Below are positions 10,811 through 19,740 of a DNA stretch of 53,942 bases, in pieces (the first letter of the stretch is position 1; each line of letters begins with the position of its first letter). Location of the stretch: the NCBI GenBank assembly GCA_020720325.1, contig DYOW01000003.1, positions 3,522-57,463 on the forward strand, in the 5' to 3' direction. This stretch comes from Desulfobulbus propionicus (GTDB lineage: Bacteria; Desulfobacterota; Dissulfuribacteria; Dissulfuribacterales; DYOW01). Under the pieces are notes generated by a model that was not told the origin of the DNA, searched no databases, and saw only the letters and a list, made by a program, of their open reading frames with translations. Both the position numbers and the translations under genes were made by a program.

Positions 10811-11833
10811 ATGACCATGAAAAACGATTTGTTTGACAAACCCAAACTTCTTATTGCCGAGGATGAACCATCACAAAGAATGCTCCTTAAAATGCTCCTT
10901 GAAAATGAGGGATATCATGTCTTTGAGACAGACAATGGCTTAGATGCACTCAATATTTATAAAGATAATCCTGATATAAGACTTCTTGTGACAGATATTA
11001 ACATGCCGCTTATGGATGGCTTTGACTTAATAACAAGATTAAGACAGGAAGAAATAAGATATGCCTACATTATTGTCCTTACTTCTTCATATGAAAAAGA
11101 TACCCTTATAAAAGCGCTTTCCATTGGCGCTGATGATTTTATTGTGAAACCTGTTTTGCATCAGGAGCTTAAGTTAAGGCTTGAGGGAGCCAAAAGGCTT
11201 TTAAAACTCGAAGGAAGCGAAGAGCTTATATTTTCAATGGCAACGCTTTCGGAATACAGGAGCGAGGAAACCGGACTGCATCTTAAGAGGGTTGAACATT
11301 ATACAAAGGAAATAGCAACCTATATTGCTACAAATATGAAGGAATTTAACCTTTCAGTTGCCACAACAAATGAAATTGCAAGGGTAAGCCCTCTTCATGA
11401 CATAGGCAAGGTGGCAATTCCCGACAATATTCTTCATAAACCCGGACCACTTGATAATAATGAATTTGAAATAATGAAAACCCATGCCTCAATCGGAGGC
11501 TCGCTCATAAAAGAGATTTACGACAGGACAGGTCACAGTTTTATTAAAATAGCATATGAAATCGCCATGTATCACCATGAAAAATGGGATGGCTCCGGCT
11601 ATCCCGCAGGACTTAAAGGAGATAGCATACCCTTTCCCGCCCAGATCTTTTCTATTGTTGATGCCTATGACGCGTTAACCTCTGACAGGTGCTACAGAAA
11701 GGCCATGAGCCATGAAGATGCGCTAAAAATAATCAGAGATGGCAATGAAAAACACTTTTCACCCAAAATATTTGAAATTTTTGAGGCAAATTTAGATGAA
11801 ATCATAAAGATTAAAGATAAATTTAAGGATTAA
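10811..11833 (+). CDS. Response regulator with HD-GYP c-di-GMP phosphodiesterase output (RpfG family)
   Basis: 340-aa ORF. REC domain (LLIAEDEP, VTDINMPLMDG, KP) followed by HDIGKV ... HHEKWDGSGYPAGL. Confidence 0.9.
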   Translation: MTMKNDLFDKPKLLIAEDEPSQRMLLKMLLENEGYHVFETDNGLDALNIYKDNPDIRLLVTDINMPLMDGFDLITRLRQEEIRYAYIIVLTSSYEKDTLIKALSIGADDFIVKPVLHQELKLRLEGAKRLLKLEGSEELIFSMATLSEYRSEETGLHLKRVEHYTKEIATYIATNMKEFNLSVATTNEIARVSPLHDIGKVAIPDNILHKPGPLDNNEFEIMKTHASIGGSLIKEIYDRTGHSFIKIAYEIAMYHHEKWDGSGYPAGLKGDSIPFPAQIFSIVDAYDALTSDRCYRKAMSHEDALKIIRDGNEKHFSPKIFEIFEANLDEIIKIKDKFKD

Positions 11834-11941
11834 TTGATATTATAAAAGCTAAGAGAAACCTATTGCCAAAAATATCCCTTCATTATGAGTTCGAGACTTT
11901 TGCAAAACAAAAAATTATCTTAATAATATTCATTAAATCTC

Positions 11942-11970
11942 TTGACAGAATCATAATTTTTCTATAAATT
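11942..11970 (+). promoter_or_regulatory. Sigma-70-like promoter candidate for tRNA-Leu
   Basis: TTGACA at 11942-11947 followed by TATAAATT at 11963-11970 (spacer 15-17 nt depending on the hexamer chosen). It lies ~12-20 nt upstream of the tRNA 5' end. Confidence 0.4.
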
Positions 11971-11981
11971 TAGAAATTTTA

Positions 11982-12065
11982 GCCGAAGTGGTGGAACTGG
12001 TAGACGCGCCGGACTCAAAATCCGGTAAGGGCAACCTTGTGGGGGTTCGATTCCCCCCTTCGGCA
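11982..12065 (+). tRNA. tRNA-Leu (anticodon CAA)
   Basis: Acceptor GCCGAAG/CTTCGGC, anticodon stem CCGGA/TCCGG with loop CTCAAAA (anticodon CAA), long variable arm, T-arm GGGGG-TTCGATT-CCCCC, discriminator A. Confidence 0.9.
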
Positions 12066-12098
12066 TTAACCTAAAAACTCTTATTATAAGTTTTTAAC

Positions 12099-12743
12099 TT
12101 GAAAAATATACTTTTTATAACACCCACAACGCTGGAAATGGATTATTTCCTCCCCGCGCTTTCAAAATCAGTTACAAGGCATCTTATCTGCGGAATAGGC
12201 CCTGTAAATTCCCTTTTTAATCTCATTATTTCCATTGAAAAAAACAAACCTGATTTTATAATACTTGCAGGCATTGGCGGGGCCGTAAAAAATTCAGAAA
12301 TCTTAAAAAATGATGTCTGCATTGCTCTTACTGAAACATTTGCAGATATCGGAAGATGCGAAAAGGACAGCATAACCCCTATCCTTATTGAAGATAATAT
12401 TAACGCGCAAAAAAAATTTGACCTCCAAAAATATTGGCAAAATTATTTAAATAGTGATATATTAAATAAATTATATATTAAACCTGTGGATATGATTACA
12501 GTTTGCTGCTCCACTGCCTTTGAAAAAAGGCTAAGTATTCTTCAGAAAAATTTTGACTTTCGGATAGAAAATATGGAAGGCGCTTCTGTTGCTATGGTTT
12601 GTGAAAAATTTGATATTCCTTTAATAGAACTTAGAGGAACAAGCAATTATATTTCTGAAAATAAAAAAATGTGGGATATTAAAGGCTCATTAGAAAAAAC
12701 TTCAATTGCCCTTGAAAAAGTTTTACAAATTTTAATAAGATGA
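12099..12743 (+). CDS. mqnB: Futalosine hydrolase (PNP/MTAN-fold nucleosidase)
   Basis: 214-aa ORF with a TTG start. Nucleosidase-fold motifs are present (GIGPVNS, GIGGA, ENMEGASVAMVC). It overlaps the mqnD-like gene by 4 nt. Confidence 0.7.
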   Translation: MKNILFITPTTLEMDYFLPALSKSVTRHLICGIGPVNSLFNLIISIEKNKPDFIILAGIGGAVKNSEILKNDVCIALTETFADIGRCEKDSITPILIEDNINAQKKFDLQKYWQNYLNSDILNKLYIKPVDMITVCCSTAFEKRLSILQKNFDFRIENMEGASVAMVCEKFDIPLIELRGTSNYISENKKMWDIKGSLEKTSIALEKVLQILIR

Positions 12744-13564
12744 TTCCTTTTGTTAATCCCATAAAATTGGGCATTTCCCCATGTCCCAATGATACATTTA
12801 TGTTTTATGCATTGCTTAACAAAAAAGTATCTGTAAATTTTGAAATAAACCCAGTTATTACGGACATATCTGTATTAAATCAGATGTTATTAGACGGGAC
12901 AGTTGATGTCTGCAAGGGTTCTATTGCAGTATATCCCCGTATTATGAAAGATTATATCCTTCTTACAGCGGGTATTGCTATGGGGAAAGGTTGTGGTCCT
13001 TTGCTTATTTCCTTAAATATTACTGAAAAAAATATGATAAAATCATCAAAAATAGCCATACCCGGAATTAATACCACGGCAAATCTCCTTTTAAAAAAAT
13101 TTGAGCCTGAAATCAAGGCTGAAAACCTGATTGAAATGAACTTTGCGGATATCCCAAAAGCTGTCTTAAATGGAGAAGCTGACCTTGGTTTAATTATCCA
13201 TGAAACAAGATTTACCTACAGGGATATGGGGCTTTCAAGCCTTATTGACCTTGGTGAATGGTGGGAGAAAAAAAAAGGACTTCCTCTGCCTCTTGGAGGA
13301 ATTTTTGCAAAAAAAAATATTGGAAATGCCGATATAGAAAAAATAACAGACAAAATCAGGGAAAGCATTGTTTTCTCAATGGAAAATTCAGGACTTTCCC
13401 TTGGCTTTATAAAACAATATGCACAGGAGCTTGACGAAGATGTGATAAAGAATCATATAAAACTATATGTGAATAATTACTCCGTAAATCCCGAAGAAGA
13501 AGGTGAAAAAGCAATCAGGACGCTTCTTGACATTAATCCTTCCCTGAATATTTTTATTAATTAA
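12740..13564 (+). CDS. mqnD: 1,4-dihydroxy-6-naphthoate synthase (futalosine pathway)
   Basis: 274-aa ORF. The N-terminal GISPCPNDTFMFYAL signature matches the MqnA/MqnD periplasmic-binding-like fold family, with the SPCPNDTF form typical of MqnD. Confidence 0.75.
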   Translation: MIPFVNPIKLGISPCPNDTFMFYALLNKKVSVNFEINPVITDISVLNQMLLDGTVDVCKGSIAVYPRIMKDYILLTAGIAMGKGCGPLLISLNITEKNMIKSSKIAIPGINTTANLLLKKFEPEIKAENLIEMNFADIPKAVLNGEADLGLIIHETRFTYRDMGLSSLIDLGEWWEKKKGLPLPLGGIFAKKNIGNADIEKITDKIRESIVFSMENSGLSLGFIKQYAQELDEDVIKNHIKLYVNNYSVNPEEEGEKAIRTLLDINPSLNIFIN

Positions 13565-13635
13565 AACAATCAATCATTAAAATTATAAAATAATAAATTC
13601 TAAAAACTAATTTTTTTAAAAGGTGAAATAAAATT

Positions 13636-14340
13636 ATGGATATTGGTGTAATGAAAATGGTAATGGATGCAGGACTTATGGTAAAACTTGTCCTGATTCT
13701 GCTTGTTTTGTTATCTTTTGCCTGCTGGAGCATAATTATAGTAAAAGGATTAAGGTTTTCAGGGGCAAGAAAAAAAAATATGGATTTTGCAAGGTTTTTC
13801 TGGGACTCTGACAATATCGGACAATTATATAATCAGGCTAAGATAATGCCTGAATCCACCATGGCATGTGTGTTCATGGAAGGTTTTGAGGAGATAAAAA
13901 GGCTTCAGGAAAGCAATAAAAAAAAGGGGAAGGTTATCCCAAAAGAGACATGGATTGAAAGCCTTAACAGAAGCCTCAACAAAGGAATCAGGATAGAAAT
14001 ATCAAGCCTTGAAAGAACAGTGCCGTTTCTTGCCACAATCGGAAATACAGCTCCTTTTATCGGACTTTTCGGGACTGTATGGGGCATAATGAAAAGTTTC
14101 CAGGGAATTGCGGAACAGGGAACCGCCACCCTTTCAACTGTTGCCCCTGGTATTGCCGAGGCCCTTATTGCCACTGCCGCAGGTCTTGGAGCTGCCATAC
14201 CTTCTGTTGTTGCATTTCACGCCTTTGTGGATTCACTTAACAGGATGGAAACAGAACTTAATGCCTTTTCAGGTGATTTTTTAAATCTTGTTGAAAGAAA
14301 GCTTCTCTCAGACAAGGATAAAGAAGAAGGCGAGGAATAA
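13636..14340 (+). CDS. tolQ: Tol-Pal system protein TolQ (MotA/TolQ/ExbB proton channel)
   Basis: 234-aa ORF with three TM segments and the motif PFLATIGNTAPFIGLFGTVWGIM. TolR, TolA and TolB follow. Confidence 0.85.
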   Translation: MDIGVMKMVMDAGLMVKLVLILLVLLSFACWSIIIVKGLRFSGARKKNMDFARFFWDSDNIGQLYNQAKIMPESTMACVFMEGFEEIKRLQESNKKKGKVIPKETWIESLNRSLNKGIRIEISSLERTVPFLATIGNTAPFIGLFGTVWGIMKSFQGIAEQGTATLSTVAPGIAEALIATAAGLGAAIPSVVAFHAFVDSLNRMETELNAFSGDFLNLVERKLLSDKDKEEGEE

Positions 14341-14344
14341 TAAG

Positions 14345-14797
14345 ATGGGAATGAATGTTGGTAATTCAAAATGTAAGAGACAGATTACCGCTGAAATAAA
14401 TGTCACTCCCCTTGTGGATGTTATGCTTGTGCTGCTTATAATCTTTATGGTCACAACACCCATGATGACCACAGGCGTTGATGTCAAACTTCCAAAGACC
14501 ACTTCTGACCCTTTGCCGCAGAAAAAACAGCCGGTTATTATCTCAGTCACCCAAAACAATGAAATTTACCTTAATAATAACATAACAAACATCTCTTCCC
14601 TTAAAAGAAGCCTTGCTGATTTAAAACAACGGGGCGAAACCGAACAGATTCTTCTTAGAGGCGACAGCAAGGCAGATTATGGTTTTGTTGCCTCTGTGAT
14701 TGCCGCCACAAGGGAGGCAGGAATAGAAAACCTTGGTCTTGTCACAGAACCAACAGACACTAAGCCAATAAAAGGCTCAAAAAAAGAAAAAAAATAA
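14345..14797 (+). CDS. tolR: Tol-Pal system protein TolR (ExbD/TolR family)
   Basis: I chose the ATG at 14345, which has GAGGAA 7 nt upstream and follows the tolQ stop. The tracked 14288 start would overlap tolQ. Motif EINVTPLVDVMLVLLIIFMV. Confidence 0.8.
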   Translation: MGMNVGNSKCKRQITAEINVTPLVDVMLVLLIIFMVTTPMMTTGVDVKLPKTTSDPLPQKKQPVIISVTQNNEIYLNNNITNISSLKRSLADLKQRGETEQILLRGDSKADYGFVASVIAATREAGIENLGLVTEPTDTKPIKGSKKEKK

Positions 14798-16072
14798 ATG
14801 AAAAAAAGAAATTCTATTTTTGGTGAAAACTGGTTTCTCGGAGTTTTCCTTGCCGTTCTTTTACATATATTAGTGGCGCTTCTTGCCCTTTTTTCATCCA
14901 AGTTATGGAAAAATCCTTTTCATATTGCTGCTCCATACAATGTGAGAATTGTTTCTCCCAATGAACTGTCAAGAATCACAGGAGAAATGGGAGAAAAAGC
15001 AAAAACCCCGCCGGAAGCAACAAAAGAACACTCTAAGGAACACGAAAAAACCCAGGAAAAACCTTCTGATGATGCGCAGAGAATTGAAGAGTTAAAAAAG
15101 AAAGAAGAGGCTAAGAAAGCTGAGGAGCAAAAGAAGATAGAAGAGGCCAAAAAGGCCGAAGAAAATAAAAAAATCGAGGAAGCAAAAAAAGCTGAGGAAC
15201 AAAAGAAAATAGAGGAAACCAGGAAAGCCGAAGAAGCCAAGAAGGTCGAGGAACAAAAAAAGATAGAAGAGGCTAAGAAAACCGAGGAAGCAAAGATTGC
15301 CCTTGAGAGGAAAAAGGAAGAAGAGCGTAAAAAAGCTGAGGAGCAAAAGAAGATAGAAGAGGCCAAAAAGGCTGAAGAACAAAAGAAAATAGAGGAAGCC
15401 AAAAAGGCTGAGCTTGCTAAAAAAGCAGAGGAACAAAAAAAGATAGAAGAGGCTAAAAAGGCTGATGAATTAAAGAAAAAAGAAGAAGCAAAAAAGGCTG
15501 AGGAAGCTAAGAAAGCCGAGGAGGCAAGAAAAGCGGAAGAGGCCAAAAAGGCTGAGCTTGCTAAAAAAGCAGAGGAAGATGCTTTAAATAAAAAACTTCA
15601 GGCAATAAAAAACAAGGCAGGCGAAAAAGAAGCCCAGGAAAATCTTTCTAAAAAACTTGCTAACCTCAAGGAAAAACACGGAGAAAGTACTAACGGACAT
15701 GAGAAAGCCGCTGGAGATACAAAAGAAAAATCAAGGGGAGCAGGCCCAATAGGTCAGGATCTATTTTGCAAATTTTATAATTGCAATGAGCTCATAGATA
15801 AAATACAATCAAACTGGAGACCGCCGGAACAACTGATTGACCAAAAAGGACTCCATTGTCTGCTTGTAATAAAAATTAAAGATGACGGCGCTGTGATAGG
15901 CGTGGATGTTGAGAAAAAATCCGGCAACAGTATCTTTGATTTATCTGCTGTAAAGGCTGTAAAATCATCAAGTCCCCTCCCCCCTGTCACAAAGGACTTA
16001 AAGACACTTATGAAAGACACCGGCTATCTGGAAATTGGTTTAAATTTTAAACCCGGAGATGTTGGTTTTTAA
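14798..16072 (+). CDS. tolA: TolA-like protein (N-terminal TM anchor, long Glu/Lys/Ala helical repeat, TonB/TolA-type C-terminal domain)
   Basis: 424-aa ORF with a single N-terminal TM. About 165 aa consist of EEAKKAEEQKKI-type repeats, followed by a globular C-terminus. The gene sits between tolR and tolB. Confidence 0.8.
   Translation: MKKRNSIFGENWFLGVFLAVLLHILVALLALFSSKLWKNPFHIAAPYNVRIVSPNELSRITGEMGEKAKTPPEATKEHSKEHEKTQEKPSDDAQRIEELKKKEEAKKAEEQKKIEEAKKAEENKKIEEAKKAEEQKKIEETRKAEEAKKVEEQKKIEEAKKTEEAKIALERKKEEERKKAEEQKKIEEAKKAEEQKKIEEAKKAELAKKAEEQKKIEEAKKADELKKKEEAKKAEEAKKAEEARKAEEAKKAELAKKAEEDALNKKLQAIKNKAGEKEAQENLSKKLANLKEKHGESTNGHEKAAGDTKEKSRGAGPIGQDLFCKFYNCNELIDKIQSNWRPPEQLIDQKGLHCLLVIKIKDDGAVIGVDVEKKSGNSIFDLSAVKAVKSSSPLPPVTKDLKTLMKDTGYLEIGLNFKPGDVGF
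15080..15580 (+). repeat. In-frame degenerate tandem repeat inside tolA (AAGAAGATAGAAGAGGCCAAAAAGGCTGA-type units)
   Basis: Repeated nucleotide units encode (K)IEEAKKAEEQKK many times. They also create long spurious antisense ORFs. Confidence 0.85.
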
Positions 16073-16121
16073 ATAAATTTGTTTTATATTATAAACCTGA
16101 TTAAAACGAGGATAGAAAAAA

Positions 16122-17402
16122 ATGAAAAAAATCTATATAGTTTTTGTGTTGTTATTGTTTTTAATTTTATGCGGACAAAACGCATATGCCGCAAGGGTAT
16201 ATCTTGATATACTTGGTCCCGGTGGCAAACAATTTCCAATTGCTGTTCCAAATCTTGATGTCACCCCTCAAGGCTCACAGTATGCTGACGTTGGCGCTCA
16301 AATATCCGATGTGCTTTCAAATGACCTTACATTTCACGGATTTTTTTCAGTTTTGGAAAAATCGCAATACGGAGGCGCTCAGGATGCCTTATGGAATAAG
16401 TTCAGGCTGGATTATCTTGTGAAGGGTTCTGTCTTTGCGAGCGGCAACACAATAGTGGTTGAACTAAAACTACTTGAAATGCCGGGCGAAATCCTCATTG
16501 AAGGCAGAAGATACACTGCTAACATGAATGAATACAGAAAAATCGCGCACCGTTTCTGCGATGTTATTGTCAAGGCAATTACCGGAGAACATGGCGTAAG
16601 CCTTTCAAAAATCGCCTTTGTTGCGCCAAACGGAAAAAACAGGGATTTTTTCACTGCTGATTTTGACGGATATGCCCCCGCATTGGAATCTTCCGAAAAA
16701 TCATTTGTAATATCACCACGCTATTCACCTAACGGAAAATATATAGCATATACTTCTTACAGAACTGGAAATTCATGTCTTTATATCAAAGACCTTGAAA
16801 GAAATATTGTAAAAAAAGTAAGCGCTCATCCCGGATTAAATGTTTCCCCTGCATGGCATCCTGACAGTAATACCCTTATTGTAAGCCTTAGTAAGGACGG
16901 CAATCCGGATTTATATCTTATTAATACTGATGGTCATATAATTTCAAAGCTTACATCTGGCCCTGGCGCCAATATTTCCCCGACTTTTTCTCCTGACGGT
17001 TCAAGGATTGCCTTTGTCTCAGACAGGACAGGCTCTCCACAGATTTATATTATGGATTTAAGTTCAAAAAGCGTTAAACGACTGACATTTTCAGGAGATT
17101 ATAATACTGACCCGCAGTGGTCGCCAAAAGGTGATAAAATAGCATATGTAAGTAGGGCAGGAGGTTTTCAGATTTACACAATATCTCCTGAAGGAACAGG
17201 CGCCGCAAGGTTAACAGATCAGGGAAACAATGAGAACCCCTCATGGTCTCCTGACTCAAGACAACTGCTTTTTACCTCAACAAGACTTGGCGGTAAAAGT
17301 CTCTTTGTTATGCTTGCTAACGGAGACTATCAAAGAGTAATTGTAAAAAATATCGGGAAAATTTCCACTCCCTTCTGGGGACCTAATTTTCTTAACAACT
17401 AA
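16122..17402 (+). CDS. tolB: Tol-Pal system beta-propeller protein TolB
   Basis: 426-aa ORF with a signal peptide, a TolB N-domain and repeated SPxFSPDG/WSPDS propeller blades. Confidence 0.9.
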   Translation: MKKIYIVFVLLLFLILCGQNAYAARVYLDILGPGGKQFPIAVPNLDVTPQGSQYADVGAQISDVLSNDLTFHGFFSVLEKSQYGGAQDALWNKFRLDYLVKGSVFASGNTIVVELKLLEMPGEILIEGRRYTANMNEYRKIAHRFCDVIVKAITGEHGVSLSKIAFVAPNGKNRDFFTADFDGYAPALESSEKSFVISPRYSPNGKYIAYTSYRTGNSCLYIKDLERNIVKKVSAHPGLNVSPAWHPDSNTLIVSLSKDGNPDLYLINTDGHIISKLTSGPGANISPTFSPDGSRIAFVSDRTGSPQIYIMDLSSKSVKRLTFSGDYNTDPQWSPKGDKIAYVSRAGGFQIYTISPEGTGAARLTDQGNNENPSWSPDSRQLLFTSTRLGGKSLFVMLANGDYQRVIVKNIGKISTPFWGPNFLNN

Positions 17403-17450
17403 TACAACAAAATTGCAATAGAAATAACAATAGTTATTAAGGAGGAAAAC

Positions 17451-18275
17451 ATGGCAGATAAAAAAATCACTTTTAATAAAAAAATTATAGGAATAGGCAT
17501 ATTATCCGTTGGACTTTGTTCATGCGCTGCGCCGGATCAGGTAACCCTTCTTGAAAAAAGGGTAAACAGCCTTTCAATGGAAAACACACAGATAAAAGAT
17601 GAGCTTAGATCCATGAAAGGTCAGACAATACGCGCTGATATCGACAATATTCAAAAAAATCAGGCTAAAATTGACAACAGGCTAAATGAAGTCAACGCTG
17701 AACTTCTAAGGGTAGGCGGAGCTGTTGACCAGATATCACATAATTACAGCAAAGACAGGTCAAGGCTTGACAGACTCGAATTAAGCCTTGGAGGCACACA
17801 GTCAACACAAACCGCAGAGCCTGATGAGACCGGGGTTACCCCACCGGTAGAACCCCCAGTGAAGATAACACCTTCTGATAATATTAAAAAACAACCTGAC
17901 ACAACAGGACCCACAGATTATTACAAACAGGGAATCGAGCTTTTCAAACAAAAAAATTTTAAGGAAGCAAAAAACAGTTTTGAAATTTATGAAAAGGAAA
18001 ATCCCCAGGGGAAATATTTAAGCAACGCCAGTTTCTGGAAGGGAGAATGTGATTATAACCTGGGAAAATTTGAGGAGGCAATCCTTGAATACCAGTTGGT
18101 TATTGAAAAATATCCGAACAGTGAAAAAACCTCAGGCGCGCTCCTGAAACAAGGCATTGCATTTCAAAAAATTGGGGACCATAATAGTTCAAAGGCTGTG
18201 TTTAATAAACTCCTGAAACATTTTCCAAACAGCCCGCAGGCAGCAATAGCAAAGGATTATCTGAAAAAAATGTGA
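17451..18275 (+). CDS. cpoB: CpoB/YbgF-like Tol-Pal-associated protein (coiled coil + TPR), possibly a lipoprotein
   Basis: 274-aa ORF with AAGGAGG 6 nt upstream. It has a signal-like N-terminus ending in LCSC, a coiled-coil segment, then TPR repeats (YYKQGIELFKQKNFKEA ... YPNSEKTSGALLKQGIAF ... FPNSPQA). Confidence 0.7.
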   Translation: MADKKITFNKKIIGIGILSVGLCSCAAPDQVTLLEKRVNSLSMENTQIKDELRSMKGQTIRADIDNIQKNQAKIDNRLNEVNAELLRVGGAVDQISHNYSKDRSRLDRLELSLGGTQSTQTAEPDETGVTPPVEPPVKITPSDNIKKQPDTTGPTDYYKQGIELFKQKNFKEAKNSFEIYEKENPQGKYLSNASFWKGECDYNLGKFEEAILEYQLVIEKYPNSEKTSGALLKQGIAFQKIGDHNSSKAVFNKLLKHFPNSPQAAIAKDYLKKM

Positions 18276-18293
18276 TTAATCAGCCATGGATAA

Positions 18294-18614
18294 TTATTTT
18301 TTTTCTTTATCAGGAAAAACATAGACCATATCATTATCTTTTACCCAGCCCAGTTCTTCCCTTAAAATAATCTCGCGGCTTTGAGGGTCTTTGAGACCGT
18401 CCACCTGATTTTTAAGCTGGGCTACATCCCTTGCTTTTGCCTGAGTTAACTCAATAAGCTGGGCTTTTTCCTTTTTTAAAAGGAAAATTTTGATAGCTCC
18501 AAAAGGAGCAAAAATTATCCATAATGACAAGACAAAAAGGGACCCGGCAAGGATTAATAGCCATCTTTTAATAAACTTATGCTTATCTGTCCGGGGTATA
18601 GCAGAATTTATCAT
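18294..18614 (-). CDS. ftsB: Septum formation initiator (FtsB/DivIC family)
   Basis: 106-aa ORF with one TM, then a coiled coil and the conserved REELGWVKDNDMVYVF tail. Confidence 0.75.
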   Translation of the reverse strand: MINSAIPRTDKHKFIKRWLLILAGSLFVLSLWIIFAPFGAIKIFLLKKEKAQLIELTQAKARDVAQLKNQVDGLKDPQSREIILREELGWVKDNDMVYVFPDKEKK

Positions 18615-18673
18615 AAAAACCTATATTTTAATAAATTAAAGATACAAAGAATAGAGATAAAGTCAAGAAATTA

Positions 18674-19732
18674 ATGCCTGTAAAAGACAAAAATAAATCA
18701 TCTTTTTTTCTTGTTGTATTTTCGTTTTTTTTAACGTTATGTATTTTTTTCATATTAAGCTATTACGGCAAAAACCTGATTTTTCTCAAATCAAAAATCA
18801 TTATTCCCCTTTCAAAATTTATTTTTATTGTATTTATCACACTGCTTTTAACCTCATATATTGAGGCAAAGGGATGGATAACAAAATTTTCAGGTATTTT
18901 TAAACCAATAATGAGATTTAGCAATCTCAGCTCCTGGAGCATTTCATCATTCACATCCGCCTTTCTCTCAGGAATTGTTGCAAATACCATTCTTTTTAAT
19001 GCTTATACCGAAAAACATATAAATAAAAAAGAACTTTTTATCACAAATATGCTAAATAACAGCATTCCAGCATATTTGCTTCATCTTCCAGCCATGGCGG
19101 CCATTCTTCTACCTATTCTCGGCAAAGCCGGAATTATCTATACGTCAGTCACATTTTTTGCTGCGATTGCAAGGGGTTTTTTTATTATTTTTCTCGCAAA
19201 ATTTTTCCTGAAAAAAGAAGCGGGGCGCCAACAAACCCTAACAGACACAAAAGAAGAAAAAGACAGCCCCAAAAAAAATATTTTTCAGACAATAAAAAAA
19301 AACACTTTGGATCGTTTCATAAAGATATTCACTTACACACTTCCCATATATTCACTAACTGTTCTCATGCAGGAACTCGGTTTTTTTGGATGGCTTCAGG
19401 ATAAAACAGCAAATTTTTTTATATCTCTTATACCAATTGAAGGACTTTCTGTTATAATCTTTAGCATTATTATGGAATTTAATGCAGGCGCAGTGGCGGC
19501 AGGGGCGCTGCTGAATAATGGTGTTCTTGACATTAAACAAACTGTTTTAGCTCTTGTTATCGGTTCAATTATAGCGACACCAATTCGCGCAATAAAACAT
19601 CAATTACCCATGTATATGGGTATTTATACGCCTTTTCTGGGATTTCAGCTTATTATAATAAGTCAGATATTAAGAATTATAAGCATAATTCTTGCTGGAC
19701 TTCCTTTATTTTTATTTTTTTATTACAAATAG
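18674..19732 (+). CDS. Polytopic membrane protein with nucleoside-recognition/Gate-type domains (FeoB-membrane-domain-like, no GTPase domain)
   Basis: 352-aa ORF with about 8 hydrophobic segments. The overall look matches nucleoside-recognition (Gate) domain proteins. The assignment is by eye only. Confidence 0.45.
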   Translation: MPVKDKNKSSFFLVVFSFFLTLCIFFILSYYGKNLIFLKSKIIIPLSKFIFIVFITLLLTSYIEAKGWITKFSGIFKPIMRFSNLSSWSISSFTSAFLSGIVANTILFNAYTEKHINKKELFITNMLNNSIPAYLLHLPAMAAILLPILGKAGIIYTSVTFFAAIARGFFIIFLAKFFLKKEAGRQQTLTDTKEEKDSPKKNIFQTIKKNTLDRFIKIFTYTLPIYSLTVLMQELGFFGWLQDKTANFFISLIPIEGLSVIIFSIIMEFNAGAVAAGALLNNGVLDIKQTVLALVIGSIIATPIRAIKHQLPMYMGIYTPFLGFQLIIISQILRIISIILAGLPLFLFFYYK

Positions 19733-19740
19733 GAGAAAAG

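Noticed and set aside
14920-15546. Long minus-strand ORFs (208 aa SSAFLASS…, and 15092-15436) antisense to tolA.
   Set aside because: They are mirror-image artefacts of the purine-rich GAA/AAG coding repeat. The products are extremely low-complexity, there are no start signals, and they lie entirely inside a well-supported gene.
15080-15580. Considered whether any of the repeat regions (TolA repeat, MITE copies, 53902-53942) could be a CRISPR array.
   Set aside because: There are no regularly spaced identical direct repeats separated by unique spacers. The TolA and QPHP repeats are in-frame coding repeats, the MITEs are dispersed palindromes, and no cas genes are present.
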